A DNA stretch of 64,000 nt. It comes from Octopus sinensis. Its lineage: Eukaryota. Numbering within the stretch: the stretch's first letter is position 1; the number at the start of each line of letters is the position of its first letter. The DNA is taken from NCBI RefSeq assembly GCF_006345805.1, contig NW_021833239.1:15972-79971 (forward strand), read 5' to 3'. Below are positions 51,766-64,000 of this stretch, piece by piece. A model generated the notes under the pieces. It had not been told where the DNA came from. It saw only the letters and a list, made by a program, of their open reading frames with translations, and ran no database searches. A program made the translations under genes and the position numbers.

Positions 51766-52071
51766 CGGAGATGTACTTGCATAGCAAATGACCTGATCTG
51801 AGATCGTGTGGTGGAACGAAAACAATGGCAGCGTGGAAGGTGTTTATAAGCCATTTAAGAAACACACAAAAACCGTTAGATTCACTTCAACATCTAAATT
51901 GAATTTGTCAAAATATGTTGAAGTGAATCTAACGAATAATCCTATCAGGTGGTGCTATTAAGTTAGACATGGCCTGGACCAATCTTTGGTCGAAACATAT
52001 CTAAGTTTATCTAAGTTTAACGGTTTTTGTGTGTTTCTTAAATGGCTTATAAACACCTTCCACGCTGAAAT

Positions 52072-52110
<39 letters not shown>

Positions 52111-52519
52111 ATACATATTCTTCCTTTTATTCTTTTATTTGTTTCAGTCATTTGACTGCGGCCATGCTGGAGCACCGCCTTTAGTCGAACAAATCAACCC
52201 TAGGACTTATTCTTTGTAAGCGTAGTACTTATTCTATCGGTGTCTTTTGCCATACCGCTAAGTTACGGGGACGTAATCAAGCCAACATCGGTTGTCAAGC
52301 GATGGTGGGGGACAAACACACACACACACACATATATATACGACAGGATTCTTTCAGTTTCCGTCAACAAAATCCACTCGCAAGGCTAGGTCGGCCCTAA
52401 GCTATAGTAGAAGACACCCACACAAGGTGCCACGGAGTGGGACTGAACGCAGAACCATGTGTTTGGGAAGTAAGCTATTTACTACACTGCCACTCCTGCG
52501 CCTATGTACATTCATACAT

Positions 52520-52556
<37 letters not shown>

Positions 52557-52574
52557 TATATATATATATATATA

Positions 52575-52688
52575 CAGTGTACCTTCTCTTTCGCGGACCG
52601 GCATTCGCGGTCCAGGTTATTCGCGGAAACCGCTGCATATTCGCGGAATTGTAAATATCGTCTGCAATTTTTTACGACTTCTTTCGTG

Positions 52689-52740
<52 letters not shown>

Positions 52741-54380
52741 CTCTCTCTGTCTCCCTCTCTCTCTCTGTATCTTATTGTTATTATTATTATAATAGAGATT
52801 ACTGTATCTAGTGGTAATACAAACTAATTTTTTCAAAACCATGATTATTTTTAATTTCTGCTCAACCTTCCATTACTGGTAAGCGCATATTAGACGCAAA
52901 GAAGATCTTTTTTATACGTTTATTAGTGAAAAACTGCATCCAGTAGCTATCAGTAGTTTTGTTGAGTGTTGTATTTTTTGCAGCATGTTATTAAAGCCCT
53001 AAGATGCCACCCAAACGCCCTACACCTTCTATGGCTTCTGGCAGGGAACCTAAACGCCAGAAAAATGTTATGACGTTCCACGAGAAGGATCAACTGCTGG
53101 ATATGCTCCAGGAACGTAAAAGTTATGATGCAGTAAGTCGCTGTTATGATGTCAACGAAAGCACTACACGCCACATAAAGAAGAACGAGGTAGCGATCAG
53201 GTCTACCGTAGCAGTAAGTTTCTGTGCCAAAAAGATAACGACAGTGAGAAATAAGCACTTGGTCAGGATCAAATCCACCTTGGTATTGTGGATAAGTAAC
53301 TGCAAGAAGAAAAACATTCTGTTGAGTGGTAACATCATCCACAAGAAAGCGCGGAAATTATACTAGCAGTTGGACAGAGGAGACGGAGCAGAAGACATCG
53401 AAGAACCGCAACCAAGACCATTTACAGCACTGGACCAAAGATTTTCAAGCCAGCAAGGGATGGTTTGAAGGTCTCCAGAAACGTTTTAAAATAAAGTATG
53501 TTCCCCTGCATGGAGAGACAGCATCAGCCAACAAAGAAGCCACTGAGAAGTATTTGAGACCTTCAGGCAGATCATCGAGGACAAGGGATACAAGCTAGAA
53601 CAGGTTTTCAACATTGACAAGATTGGCTGTTCTAGAAGAAGATGCCTTCTAAAACGTACATCATGAAGGACGAAGCCAGAGCCCCAGGATTTAAGGCACA
53701 GAAGGGCAGAGTGACGCTAATTATGTGTGGCAATGCTGATAGCTTCATGATTTAACCAAGACTTATCTACAAATCCGCGAACCCCAGCGCCTTCAAAAAT
53801 AAGAACCCGAACCCTAATCCTAAAACCTGCTGCCTGTCTACTGGATGCACAACCCCCATGCCTGGATTACCAAAAGCCCAACTTTCAATTGGTTCCATTA
53901 ATGCTTCATCTCTCAAGCCAAGGAATACCTCCAGAACGTATGTATGGAATTCAAAGTGTTTCTTACTATGGATAATGCTGGTGGTCACTCTTTGGATTTG
54001 AATCACGAGGGTGTCCAAGTCGAGTTCCTCCTACTAACACCACCTCCCTCATCCAGCTTATGGATCAAAGCGTGATCCGTGCCTTCAAGGCACTTTACAT
54101 TCGAAACTCTCTTCAACACCTTGTGGACACAATGGATTTGGACACGAATTTCAAGTTGAAGGAGTACTGGCGTAACTTCACGATCGCAATGTGCCTGTCA
54201 GTCATCCACGCTGCTCTTAAAGACATGATAAAAGAAACCCTCATCGTATGTTGGAAGAAGGTGTGGCCAGAGTGTGTCCAGGACTACGAGGGCTTCTCAC
54301 CTGAAGATATTCAGCAGGAGGCTGTCAAGAATGAGGCGAAACTGGTAAAGGTACTTGGTGGCGAAGGTTTTTCCTGTTGA
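52575..54380 (+). mobile_element. pogo/Tigger (TIGD1-like) transposon, disrupted
   Basis: TA|cagtgtacc..ttcgcgga left end; CENP-B-like HTH, ASKGWFE, MDNAGGH, MDQSVIRAFKALY. Confidence 0.85.
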
Positions 54381-54479
54381 GGAAAATAAATTATGTCGCA
54401 GTGTACCTATATGTTGTGATCCTGAATTGGATAGGTTACTATGGCCCGTGGTCCCAGCCTTGGATGAACCTTGAAACTA

Positions 54480-55250
54480 ACGTTCAAGTCGTTTGAGCAA
54501 TGCTAGCGGTATATTCTCCACATAGTGCAAATGATGTACCGATCGCGGCGGCACTGGAGAGAGTAGAGTTTTAAGGCTTTAAGGTGGTCCCAGTAATCGA
54601 GATCAGTCATGCCTTCAATTCGTTCAGTGAGTGCCCACTGGGGTGACTCAATCTTCAAGATGTTTTGTTTTGTATGGGGAGACCACAAGGGGCAGCACTA
54701 TCGAAGTGTGGCCGTACAAAGGAGGGGAAAAGTGGAATGATGACCGGAAAATTCTTAAGATCCAGGCGCTCATCCTACGACCTATATCGACCTTATTGTT
54801 GATGTGGGCACTCCAACAATTACACCCAGGTCTCTGATATTATTAGATGCCGAGAGCGGTTCCCCTGAAGGGAGAGAGTATGGCTGCTTTAGTATAGACT
54901 TTCTTCCAAAATGCATCAGCTCAAATTTTCCCTCATTTAGTTGCATTTTGTTTTTGTCTGCCCATTGACTCACAGCATATAGATCAGACTGGAGTTGAGT
55001 TCGGTCTTTTTCATTGATGATTTTCTGAAGTTTAGTGTCATCGGCAAATATTTTCACTTTGCAGTGATTTACGACGCTGGAAAGTCATTTGTGTAAATTA
55101 TAAAGAGGAGCGGGTCCAAGATAGTCCCCTCAGGGACACCACTGGTGACTTTTGCTGCGCTTGAGTGGACTCCATCGACCATACTTCTTGTGTTCTATTC
55201 GCCAGGAAATACTTAATCCAGTGTAGAGGTTTTGGGAGATAGTTGACTGC
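54480..55250 (-). mobile_element. CR1-group LINE RT fragment
   Basis: GVPEGTILGPLLF, IFADDTKL, DLGVIV. Confidence 0.8.
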
Positions 55251-55279
55251 GAGGGATTTATTTCCTGGTTTCATTTGTA

Positions 55280-56270
55280 GTTAATTTATATACAAGTATA
55301 CCTCATAATTATGGTCTAGAGGCAATTCAGTTCTGGCTGGACTAATATCCAGAAGAATACCAAAAAGGATCACTAAAGAATTCATTACTAAATCGGTTGA
55401 ATTCATCCTACAAAATAACCACTTCATGTTTGACAATACGTTTTTACCGTCAAAAATACGGAATTGCTATGGGTACAAGGGCAGCACCAGTCATTGCGAA
55501 CCTAACAATGGGCTACCTGGAAGTAATAATATACCAGGAATCTTTATCTACCTTTGGAAACACCCTTCCAATACATTAAAGAAAACTGGAAAAGATTCCT
55601 AGATGACTGTTTTATACTCTGGAATGAAAACACAGATAAACTCCTAAAATTCAAAAACCTATTGAACAGCGTCAACCAAAATATACAGTTCACAATGGAG
55701 TACAACCAAAAGGAGCTTCCATTCTTAGATATAGTAATTAAAAATAAACCTAAAAATAGAAACGGACATATTTTACAAAACCACAGACGCTAAACAATAC
55801 CTACATTTTTATTCATGCCACCCAAGACACACTAAAACAAACATCCCCTTCAGCCTTGCAAGAAAGATATGCACAATAATGTCAGAACAAAATACCAGAA
55901 ACTTTAGACTGCAAGAACTCAAAAACACCATAATTGACAGACACTACCCAGTTCAACTCATACAGGATGCAATCAGACGTGCAACACAAATCGACATAGA
56001 AACCTTAAGAAAAGTTCAACACAGCAACACACCTTCCCCGAAAATTCTGCCATACATATCCACATACAACCCCAGAAACAAAGAAGCCTTCACCATCATC
56101 ACCCAGAATTTACCAATACTGCATAAGGATCCCAAATTAAAGGAAATTTTAAACATACATAAAATCATTAAAAGCTACAAACAACCGAAATCACTAAAAC
56201 AGATCCTCACAAAGGCAAAATTGTTTTCTGAAAAAACGGATGCAATAAATAGATATATAAGGCCATAAAT
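55280..56270 (+). mobile_element. Penelope-like element RT fragment
   Basis: QKYGIAMGTRAAP, WKRFLDDCFILW, LPFLDI, LPYISTYNP. Confidence 0.85.
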
Positions 56271-56328
56271 AGATACATGCATGCATACATACATACATAA
56301 CAACCTCTGTGTGTGTGTGTGTGGTGTG

Positions 56329-56359
<31 letters not shown>

Positions 56360-56493
56360 TGTGTGTGTCACTGAAGCCATTCATACATACATAACGTTCT
56401 CTCTCTCTCTCGCGCGCGCTTTTTCTCTGTCAATCACTCACACATTCACTCACTACAAAAACTGAATAAAAAGTTTCACTTCTCTCTCTCGCT

Positions 56494-56533
<40 letters not shown>

Positions 56534-57129
56534 ACGCACACCAGCAACATTACTCTCTCTTTCTCTTCATACACACTAACAAAAGCAATTCACATACACA
56601 CCACACATTTTGTCTCACCCCATCACACACACACACACACTCTCACACACACACACTCTCACACACACATGCATATGAATTCTTCCGCCTCACGCCAACT
56701 TCAAAAGAACTCATACAATCGCACTCTCCCTGTCTCTTTCGCTTTCACGCCGATTCAAAAGATCCCCTTTCCACCCAACCCCATATTCAAAATATAATTT
56801 TTTTACGGAAACTGACGATCATCCTCAAAAATGAAATAAACACACGTGGTTTGTAAATGGTTTGTAAATGACAGTCGTGCGTTCCCATATCGAAAGATCG
56901 CCCAATGTTTTAATTATTAGACAGAGGTCCAATAGAATAGCTCAAAGAAATAGACTACGTACAAATTCGTTCTTCACAACTCCTGAAGCTGTTTTCTGAC
57001 TAGGGGTGGGGTCAGGAAATTTTCATACAGCTGGAGGCTCCAATCAAAACAAGGGACCCAAAATGATAAGGTTGAGAAACACTGTTACAGATTATGCCTA
57101 ACCGAAAACGATCACAGCTACATCATCCA

Positions 57130-57162
57130 AACAGACCGGGTGAAACCGGGCTTAGCTACTAG
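57130..57162 (+). mobile_element. Helitron 3' terminus
   Basis: ccgggtgaaaccggg hairpin followed by CTAG|T; 5' end not located. Confidence 0.5.
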
Positions 57163-57186
57163 TATATATATATATATATATATCTA

Positions 57187-57242
<56 letters not shown>

Positions 57243-57384
57243 GAAGGGATTCTTTCAGTTTCCGTCCACCAAATCCACTCACAAGGCTTTGGTTGGCTCG
57301 AGGCTGTAGTAGAAAGACTTGCCCAAGGTACTATGCAGTGGGACTGAACCCGGAATCATGTGGTTGGAAAGCAAGCTTCTTTGC

Positions 57385-57419
<35 letters not shown>

Positions 57420-57532
57420 ACACACACACACTCACACACACATGGACATGTATATAGATACATACTACATACATACATACATACATACATACATACATAC
57501 ATACATACATACATACATACATACATACATGC

Positions 57533-57580
<48 letters not shown>

Positions 57581-57677
57581 CGGGAAGCTTTATGAAAATA
57601 AACAAAAGACGAAGGCAGGTGGAAAACAAACGAACAATTGTATTAGTATGGCGCTCAGGAAATATAAATAAAACAAG

Positions 57678-57715
57678 TCTTTAACGTTTCGAGCCTACGC
57701 TCTTCAACAGAAAGA
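57678..57715 (-). ncRNA. Minimal PLE-type hammerhead motif (core CTGTTGA, degenerate)
   Basis: TCTTT-CTGTTGA-A-GAGC-GTAG-GCTC-GAAAC-GT-T-AAAGA. Confidence 0.45.
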
Positions 57716-58264
57716 TACACAGAGAGAGAAAAACACAGAAAGAAGGAGAGAAAAAAATGCGTGCAGTAGCTAACGAATCAACATGGCGATCTGATTTCGG
57801 CCAGAGGTCAAAGATCAAACATGAGACGCGAGAGCGAAATAAGGGGAGATAATAGGGTTGATAAATGGGTTGAGGGACCAGCTAAAAGTGCGTGGGAGGG
57901 GTCTGGATGTGTGTATGTATAGGGTTGGTGTATGTATTAGTATGTATAAGGGTGTTGTGTGTGTGTGTGTGTGTATGAGAGAGTATTAGTGCGTAGGATT
58001 GATCTGGACGTGCGTATGTATGGGGTTGGTGTATGTATTAGTATGTATTAGTATGTATTAGTACGTATTGGTATGTATAGGTGTGTGTGTGTGTGAGAGA
58101 GTATAAGTGCGTATGCGGGGTCTGGACGTGTGTATGTATAGGGTTGGTGTAAGTATTAGTATGTACTAGTATGTATTAGTACGTATTAGTATGTATTAGT
58201 TGGTGTGTGTATTAGTATGGCACATCATATGTGATGTGATGTGATGTGTAAAGTCATGTGGTGT

Positions 58265-58500
58265 AGTGAGGAGAAGAGGGGGAGGGGGAGAAGAGGGGGA
58301 GGAGAAGGGGAAGAGGAGAGGATGGGGGAGAAGGAAGGGGAGAGAGGGAGCAGAGGGAAGGGGAAGAGGGAGGGAGAAAGAGGGAAGAAGGGAAGGGGAG
58401 TAGGGGTGAAAGGATGAAGGACTGAAGAAGTAGGGGTCGGGGGGAGAAAGGATAGGTGAGGAGGGGGGAGGGGGGTTAGATGAGGAGGGGGGAGAGTTGA
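58265..58500. repeat. G/A-rich polypurine tract
   Basis: About 235 bp almost free of pyrimidines, with many G runs. Confidence 0.9.
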
Positions 58501-58760
58501 GACCAAATGGCGTATAAGAGCGAAGAGAGAAGATTAATTCCTGTTCACGGCGCAAACGGGAATCCGGATGGCCTCTGTGTAAGGACAAACCGAACACAGT
58601 TAGGTGTTGCAAGAGTCAATCCACATATGAACAGGCAAGAAAAAAACAACAACGCGAGGACGTGGAATAAGTACAGGGTTATTGGACGCTCAGGAAACGA
58701 AAGAAACGAAAGAGGATTTCACGTTTCGAGCGGAGCTCTTCATCAGAAATATAGGAAAGT
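58500..58760 (-). mobile_element. Penelope-like element 3' end
   Basis: QHLTVFGLSLHRGHPDSRLRREQELIFSLRSYTPFGLN resembles a GIY-YIG C-terminus. Confidence 0.6.
58716..58750 (-). ncRNA. Minimal PLE-type hammerhead motif (position 17 = G, likely inactive)
   Basis: ATTT-CTGATGA-A-GAGC-TCC-GCTC-GAAAC-GT-G-AAAT. Confidence 0.5.
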
Positions 58761-59099
58761 CCAAAGAAAGAAAGACGGAGAAAGAAAATCGCCAACGATA
58801 CACATACGGTCACATATTGAAATGACCGGAAGGGAATAGGTGAAGAAAATTTTCTTTCAAAGACAGGAGAATGCAAGAGGAAGTATGCGTATGTATGTGC
58901 GTGCGCGCAGGTCTGTGTGCATGTGTGTGTGTGTGTGTGTGTGTAATGATGGCACATGTAAGTGCGCGCGCGTGTGTGTTTGGTTGTGGCTGTTTATGTA
59001 TGTGTGTGGTTGGACTTAATAGGAAGAATTTATAGTAAGAATATTGGTAGGAGTGGCTGTCTGTTGTGTGTCTACCAACATATGTGCGCAGGAGATTGG

Positions 59100-59790
59100 T
59101 CAGTAGAAAGGTACTGGTAGTTTGAAGTATGTGTGTGTGCGTGTATGTATATGTAGTATGTGTGTGCGTGTATGTATATGTAGTGTGTGTGTGTTTTGTT
59201 TGCAGTGTGTGTTGAGTCCGTACGTATGTCTGTGTGTGTACGAGTAGGTATGTGTGTACGCACGTGGTTGTGTCTGTGGAGTAACTGTACGTTACTCTGT
59301 GTGTGTGCACTTGTGTGTCCTTGTATGTGCATGTGTACATATGTGTTTGTACGTGTGTATTTTGTGTGCGTGCATATGTGTGTGCATGTGTATCTGTATG
59401 TGCGTGTAGTTGTGTGTGCGTGCATGTGTGCGTGTGTATGTGTGTGTGCGTATGCAGCTATGTATATGTGTATGCGTGGGGTTGTGGGTGTTAAGTATGT
59501 GTGCATTCGTGTGCGTGTGTGTATGTGCGTGTGTATACGTGCGTGTGTGTGTATGTGCGCGTGCGCATGTGTGTATGTACGTTCGTGTGTATATGTCTGT
59601 GTGAACGTGGGGATGTGTCGGGTTATGTATGTTTTGTTGCGTGTATGCGCGTGTGCTTGAGTATTATGAGTATGTGGTTGTGTGTACGTGTGTACGTTTA
59701 TGTGTATGTGTGTATATATATAAGTATGTGTGTCTGTGTGTGCGTGGGGTTGTGTGGGTTAGGTATCTGTGCATTACTGTGCGTATGTAT
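59100..59790. repeat. Degenerate (GT/RY)n array
   Basis: About 700 bp of mostly alternating purine-pyrimidine; source of spurious CV/HT ORFs. Confidence 0.9.
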
Positions 59791-61487
59791 CACACTTAGA
59801 TGAAGTTAAAGGTTGCTACATCGCCATCATCTTCATAGGATCTTCAGAGAACCTAGCCATAGCCGCAATGAACTTTGCAAAAATTTCTGATCTCAATCAA
59901 TCTTCTAACAAGTAATAATGATTTCAAATCTTGGCACAAGGCCATTAGTTTTAAGGGGAATGAGGTTAAAGGATTACATACCCGTCCAATGCTCAACCAG
60001 TACTTACATTATCGACCTGAAAGCATGAACGGCAAAATCAACGGAATTGAACTCAGGACGTAAAGGAAGGGAAGAAATGTCGCTATGCATTTTGTCCAAC
60101 ATGCACATGATTCAGCCAACTCGCCGATGTAACGATTCTGTTAGCTCCTGTCTGATTAGTAACAATGGTATCAAATTTTGGCACAAGGTCTGCAATTCCA
60201 GAGGAGGTCTATGTTGGTTACTAGCACTACGAGAATCATTGATTAACGATTATTCACGAGTCTTAACTTAATGCTTAACTGGTATTTATTTTATAGGCAC
60301 AAGGCCTGAAATTGAGGGGAGGAGCCTAGTCGATTATATCACTCCATTGCGTAACAGGTATTTATTATCGATTCCTAAAGGATCAAAGGCAAAGTCGACC
60401 TCGGCGGAATTTGAATTCAGAACGTAAAGACGGGCGAAATGCCGCTAAGCATTTTACTCGGCATGCTAAAGATTCTGCCAGCTTACCGCCTTCCTCTGAT
60501 TAGTAATAACGAAAGTAAAAACTATTGATAATTAATGGATGGTTATGTATGATAAAGAATACGAAGAAACATAAATAGAAAAAAATAACATACTATGTCC
60601 CTCAACTCAGAGTCAAAAAATATCCTTCAGATGACACTTTCAGTGTAACAGCTAGCTCTGCACAACTCCAGTAACACATTCTTAAACTCATTCTCTGTGT
60701 ATTTATAACCCAATGAAAAAACTCAATACACGCTCTATCAAAATATATACCCAACACCGTAATATTTGAATAACCGTTAAATCCTATAGCGGAGAAAAAG
60801 GAAATGCCATCGCGCTCTTACTCTTTCTCTCCGTTTATACTTCAACTTTTGGAGAACAATAAAAATGGTTCAATGCATTTCTGTATCTACCTCAATTCTT
60901 GTAAATGGTTTGAAATTCAACATCACCCTGAAAAGAATCGGTTTAGATGGAAATAGGTAATGAGATTGAAATCTTATGATTTTATTATCTACAGAGTTAA
61001 TGCAATATGTCTTAAAAACGAATCTGCGGCTGAACTAAAATTATTGCTTCAAAGAAACTAAATATGAAATGGACTTTCTGCACGCACTTCTTCATAAATA
61101 AAAGAGTCGGTCCAATGGCGGTTGATTTAATTTTCATTTTCATTTTCATGTTCGATCGCTTGTGATTGCCGCTTTAATAATGTGTGCATAACTGGAAAAT
61201 TCCTGTAGCGACGGCTTTATAAGAAGCCGATTTTGGCGCGATTAAGCCGAAAACAATTCGGTCGTAACTCGCTTCAGTCGTGGACAATTCTCCTCTCAAG
61301 CTGTTCTCATAGCTCCATACTCAAGCCAGCGCGATTTTCCTGATAGCTATTTTCACTGCTATATATTTGACGCTGTCAAATTTATTCAGATTTAAAGTTT
61401 CATAGGAAATAGAAATGATACCACTCAATGATTTGTTCAGTATATATATATATATATAAAAATATATAAATTATAATTTTTACTTAC

Positions 61488-61686
61488 ATTCTTCTATTTG
61501 GTCACCAATCAATACCATTAAACTGGTGCAGTAAAGATATATACTAACAAAAATAAATACAGATGTCAACGCACGACCTTTCTCTCCATAGAAATCAAAC
61601 ATAATATCTTGATAACTTGATCTTTGGGTTTTATCTGAGGCATATGCTACAATAAACATTGAAATGAACGAACAACCACAAATAAT
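61488..61686 (-). CDS. SLC38A7-like: SLC38A7/8-like transporter, visible exon 2
   Basis: catttcag|ATT..GAA T|gtaagt; IICGCSFISMFIVAYASDKTQRSSYQDIMFDFYGEKGRALTSVFIFVSIYLYCTSLMVLIGDQIEE resembles ILAYCS..TYQEVV..CG..IIIGDQ; 199 nt, phase 0 to 1. Confidence 0.9.
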
Positions 61687-63016
61687 CTGAAATGAAATAA
61701 TAAAAGGAAAATACGTATTTAAAAACGTAGAGATGTGATGTTCTTATATTTCAACATTCATCATCTTTAAACTCGTAAGTTCGTTATCATGACAGTACAG
61801 TCTCTTTAACCATGTAATCTCATACCGTATTGTCATATCTGCATTATATTCCATACAATGTGAGAAATTGATATCACAATAAGATAATATCTAAGTATTT
61901 GTTTGGGTCAAATATCTATAGACATTACAGTTATTTAACAGAGAAACATTTTAAAGTTTGCTATATATATTTAGACAGTAAAAATGATTTTAGAAATAAC
62001 TACAACGGAGCAGGCTCTACGTGGTCACGCTACCTTATTAGAAAAGTAGCTTAGTCTTCACTTAATCATATTCTACCAAATTAAATAAGGAAATAATATT
62101 TTGGATATTGTAGCCCTACATACTGCTAAAAGGCGAGGAGATCGCGACTGAAATGTCACTGGTGCCTCTTTAGCAAGCCGTCTACCTGGACATTTATACT
62201 TCAGCGTGAAGTCTAACTCACACGTTATCTCTAACGGTAAGCAGTAACTGTAACCCAAAACTCTAACTATAACTTAAAAACCCTGACCCTGACCCTTAAC
62301 CCTAATCCAAGATCATAACATAACCCAAAACCCTAACCCCATTCCTAACTCAGATCAGGTCATCTGACAATCTGGACTACAGATACTGCGGTAGATCGCA
62401 CGCAAAAGTAGCAACATGGCATTAATCTAATCATAGATTTGTTCGAGCAGGGCTGAATTGGGGATAAGCCACAACAACTGCATAAAGACAAGCCAATGAG
62501 TATGATCCTACGCTGTCGGTCATATTTCTCAAACCACACCAACACTCTTTAACAGAAAAGCTTCTGTGTAAAATAGTCCTATCTTTAAAATAGGATGTAT
62601 GTCGGTTGATGAGGATAGCATTGAAACTTAACTTAGTTCATAAATATGCATTAACCAGTATGATTGTGATCTCTTAAAGATTTCAAGATTAGAAAGTAAG
62701 CAATTCTTATATCTTTTCTTATGTGTATTAATACCAAACGATGAAATATAAATTGAACTTGGCGATCAAATATTTTGATCGTCCGTTCTCAGCTGCATTT
62801 CTGCACCACAAATGCATGAATAAAATACACAAGCAGCTCATTGATAAGAAATACAGGGTGGGTGTCTCATAATGATGGGGCACATTTTGAACGCAAGTAA
62901 ATAGAACTGGAACAAGCTCAGATATTAAGGAAAGTGTATAATAGTAGATCACTTATATGTGCCCCATTATTATGAGACCTTGTATTTGTACACGAAGAAA
63001 CAGAAAATATACTTAC

Positions 63017-63138
63017 GCAATGGATGCTGATGGCTAACGCTAAATTGTCTACTTGTTGATATGCTTCAGGAAGATTTATTATACCAATACCTACTGTTGC
63101 ATTGACTAAAAGAAAACCAACAGTACACTTCGTAGATT
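63017..63138 (-). CDS. SLC38A7-like: SLC38A7/8-like amino-acid transporter, visible coding exon 1 (TM1; ATG exon outside window)
   Basis: tttcag|AA..TGC|gtaagt; encodes ESTKCTVGFLLVNATVGIGIINLPEAYQQVDNLALAISIHC, resembling SLC38A7 FIVVNACLGAGLLNFPAAF; 122 nt, phase 1 to 0. Confidence 0.9.
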
Positions 63139-64000
63139 CTGAAATAAATACACAATAAAGTAAATACTGAGAAAAAGGCAATTACTTTTATTCATCATAT
63201 CATGTGGAAATGCATAAAGCAATTCTGAAATCAGTGTTTATATATATAGCAGACATATTTCGCTTTTCGAATGGAAATTTCTCCTACAACGAGTAAATGT
63301 GGTTTATATTCCATAGGATAGAAGAATAGTTGTGGTTATGGAGTTAATTCGAACTACATTCGATCGACCACTGAGTCATACATTGCGCGACTGTGGTCTA
63401 CTATAGATTACATCCAACAAATGACGTGTGTAAAATTAGGTAGGCGGAAACTGCATCGAAGCGAGTTGCGTATGTATGTATGTATGTATGTATGTATGTA
63501 TTTTTCTCTTTCTCTTTTTAAGTAGAATAAATTTCCACTGACCCCCTTACTTGGTAACAGGGGGGGGGTGAAGGAAAGCAACATATTTTACACACCATCC
63601 TTTAAATATTAGGAGGGTCTTGAAGATTTTTATAGTCTCAGATATCGTGATCATTTGTAGCAAATGAATTAAGGAGTTGCGTTCACTCACCAAAATCCCA
63701 AGTTTAGCCATTTTTTGCTCCAGACCGGTCGCTCCAATAATATTAGGTATCAACCTGAAACTGTATTTTGAGTATTGGATTTGCAAACTCTTTATCAATG
63801 GTAACCACATCTATTTCTAGAGGCCAACTGATTTCCAGAACAGATCAAAGGTTTTCCTTGTGGTCTCACACAGCAATATATGACCGGGTGTGTTTTAACT
63901 TGGTTGCTGTTTTAATTTTTAAGTTTCACCAATATTCCTTTTTTGACCAATCGGTCACAATATGCTCAACTTCATCTGTAGGTGATTTCTTCTTTGTTAT

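Noticed and set aside
54397-54408. cagtgtacct repeat of the Tigger left end as a right terminus
   Set aside because: Direct rather than inverted orientation and only 10 bp; probably chance or a fragment
59072-59803. His/Thr and Cys/Val-rich ORFs here and at many TA/CA tracts
   Set aside because: Products of dinucleotide repeats

Overview
AT-rich, microsatellite-dense eukaryotic DNA. The tRNA-SINE families and repeat content suggest an octopus or other coleoid cephalopod genome (inference). One host gene dominates: a divergent SLC38A7/A8-like amino-acid transporter on the minus strand. I reconstructed eight coding exons by hand with GT-AG sites and consistent phases: 63138-63017, 61686-61488, 50532-50394, 45497-45405, 43236-43179, 36783-36521, 31716-31517 and 26608-26406 (stop). 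Together they give about 425 aa with an open frame; the ATG exon lies beyond the right edge. Bases ~900-17650 hold a rearranged, pseudogenised tandem paralog: one exon deleted, an 11-nt frameshift, a lost acceptor, and the 3' part inverted and deleted. The rest is a nest of transposons: Penelope-like elements (PLEs), CR1-like, Tx1/L1 and R4/Dong LINEs, solo LTRs, a Tc1 IR/DR element, Merlin, pogo/Tigger, piggyBac-type MITEs, Helitrons and SINEs. The most notable unannotated signals are three. (i) Hammerhead ribozymes with unusually long stem II, including a head-to-head inverted pair (4492-4764) and a core-intact copy lying sense in an intron of the transporter (37314-37399). (ii) Replacement-rich divergence between the transporter paralogs, next to a near-identical tract. 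(iii) Several perfect fold-back palindromes. Coordinates were counted by hand; repeat boundaries are approximate.
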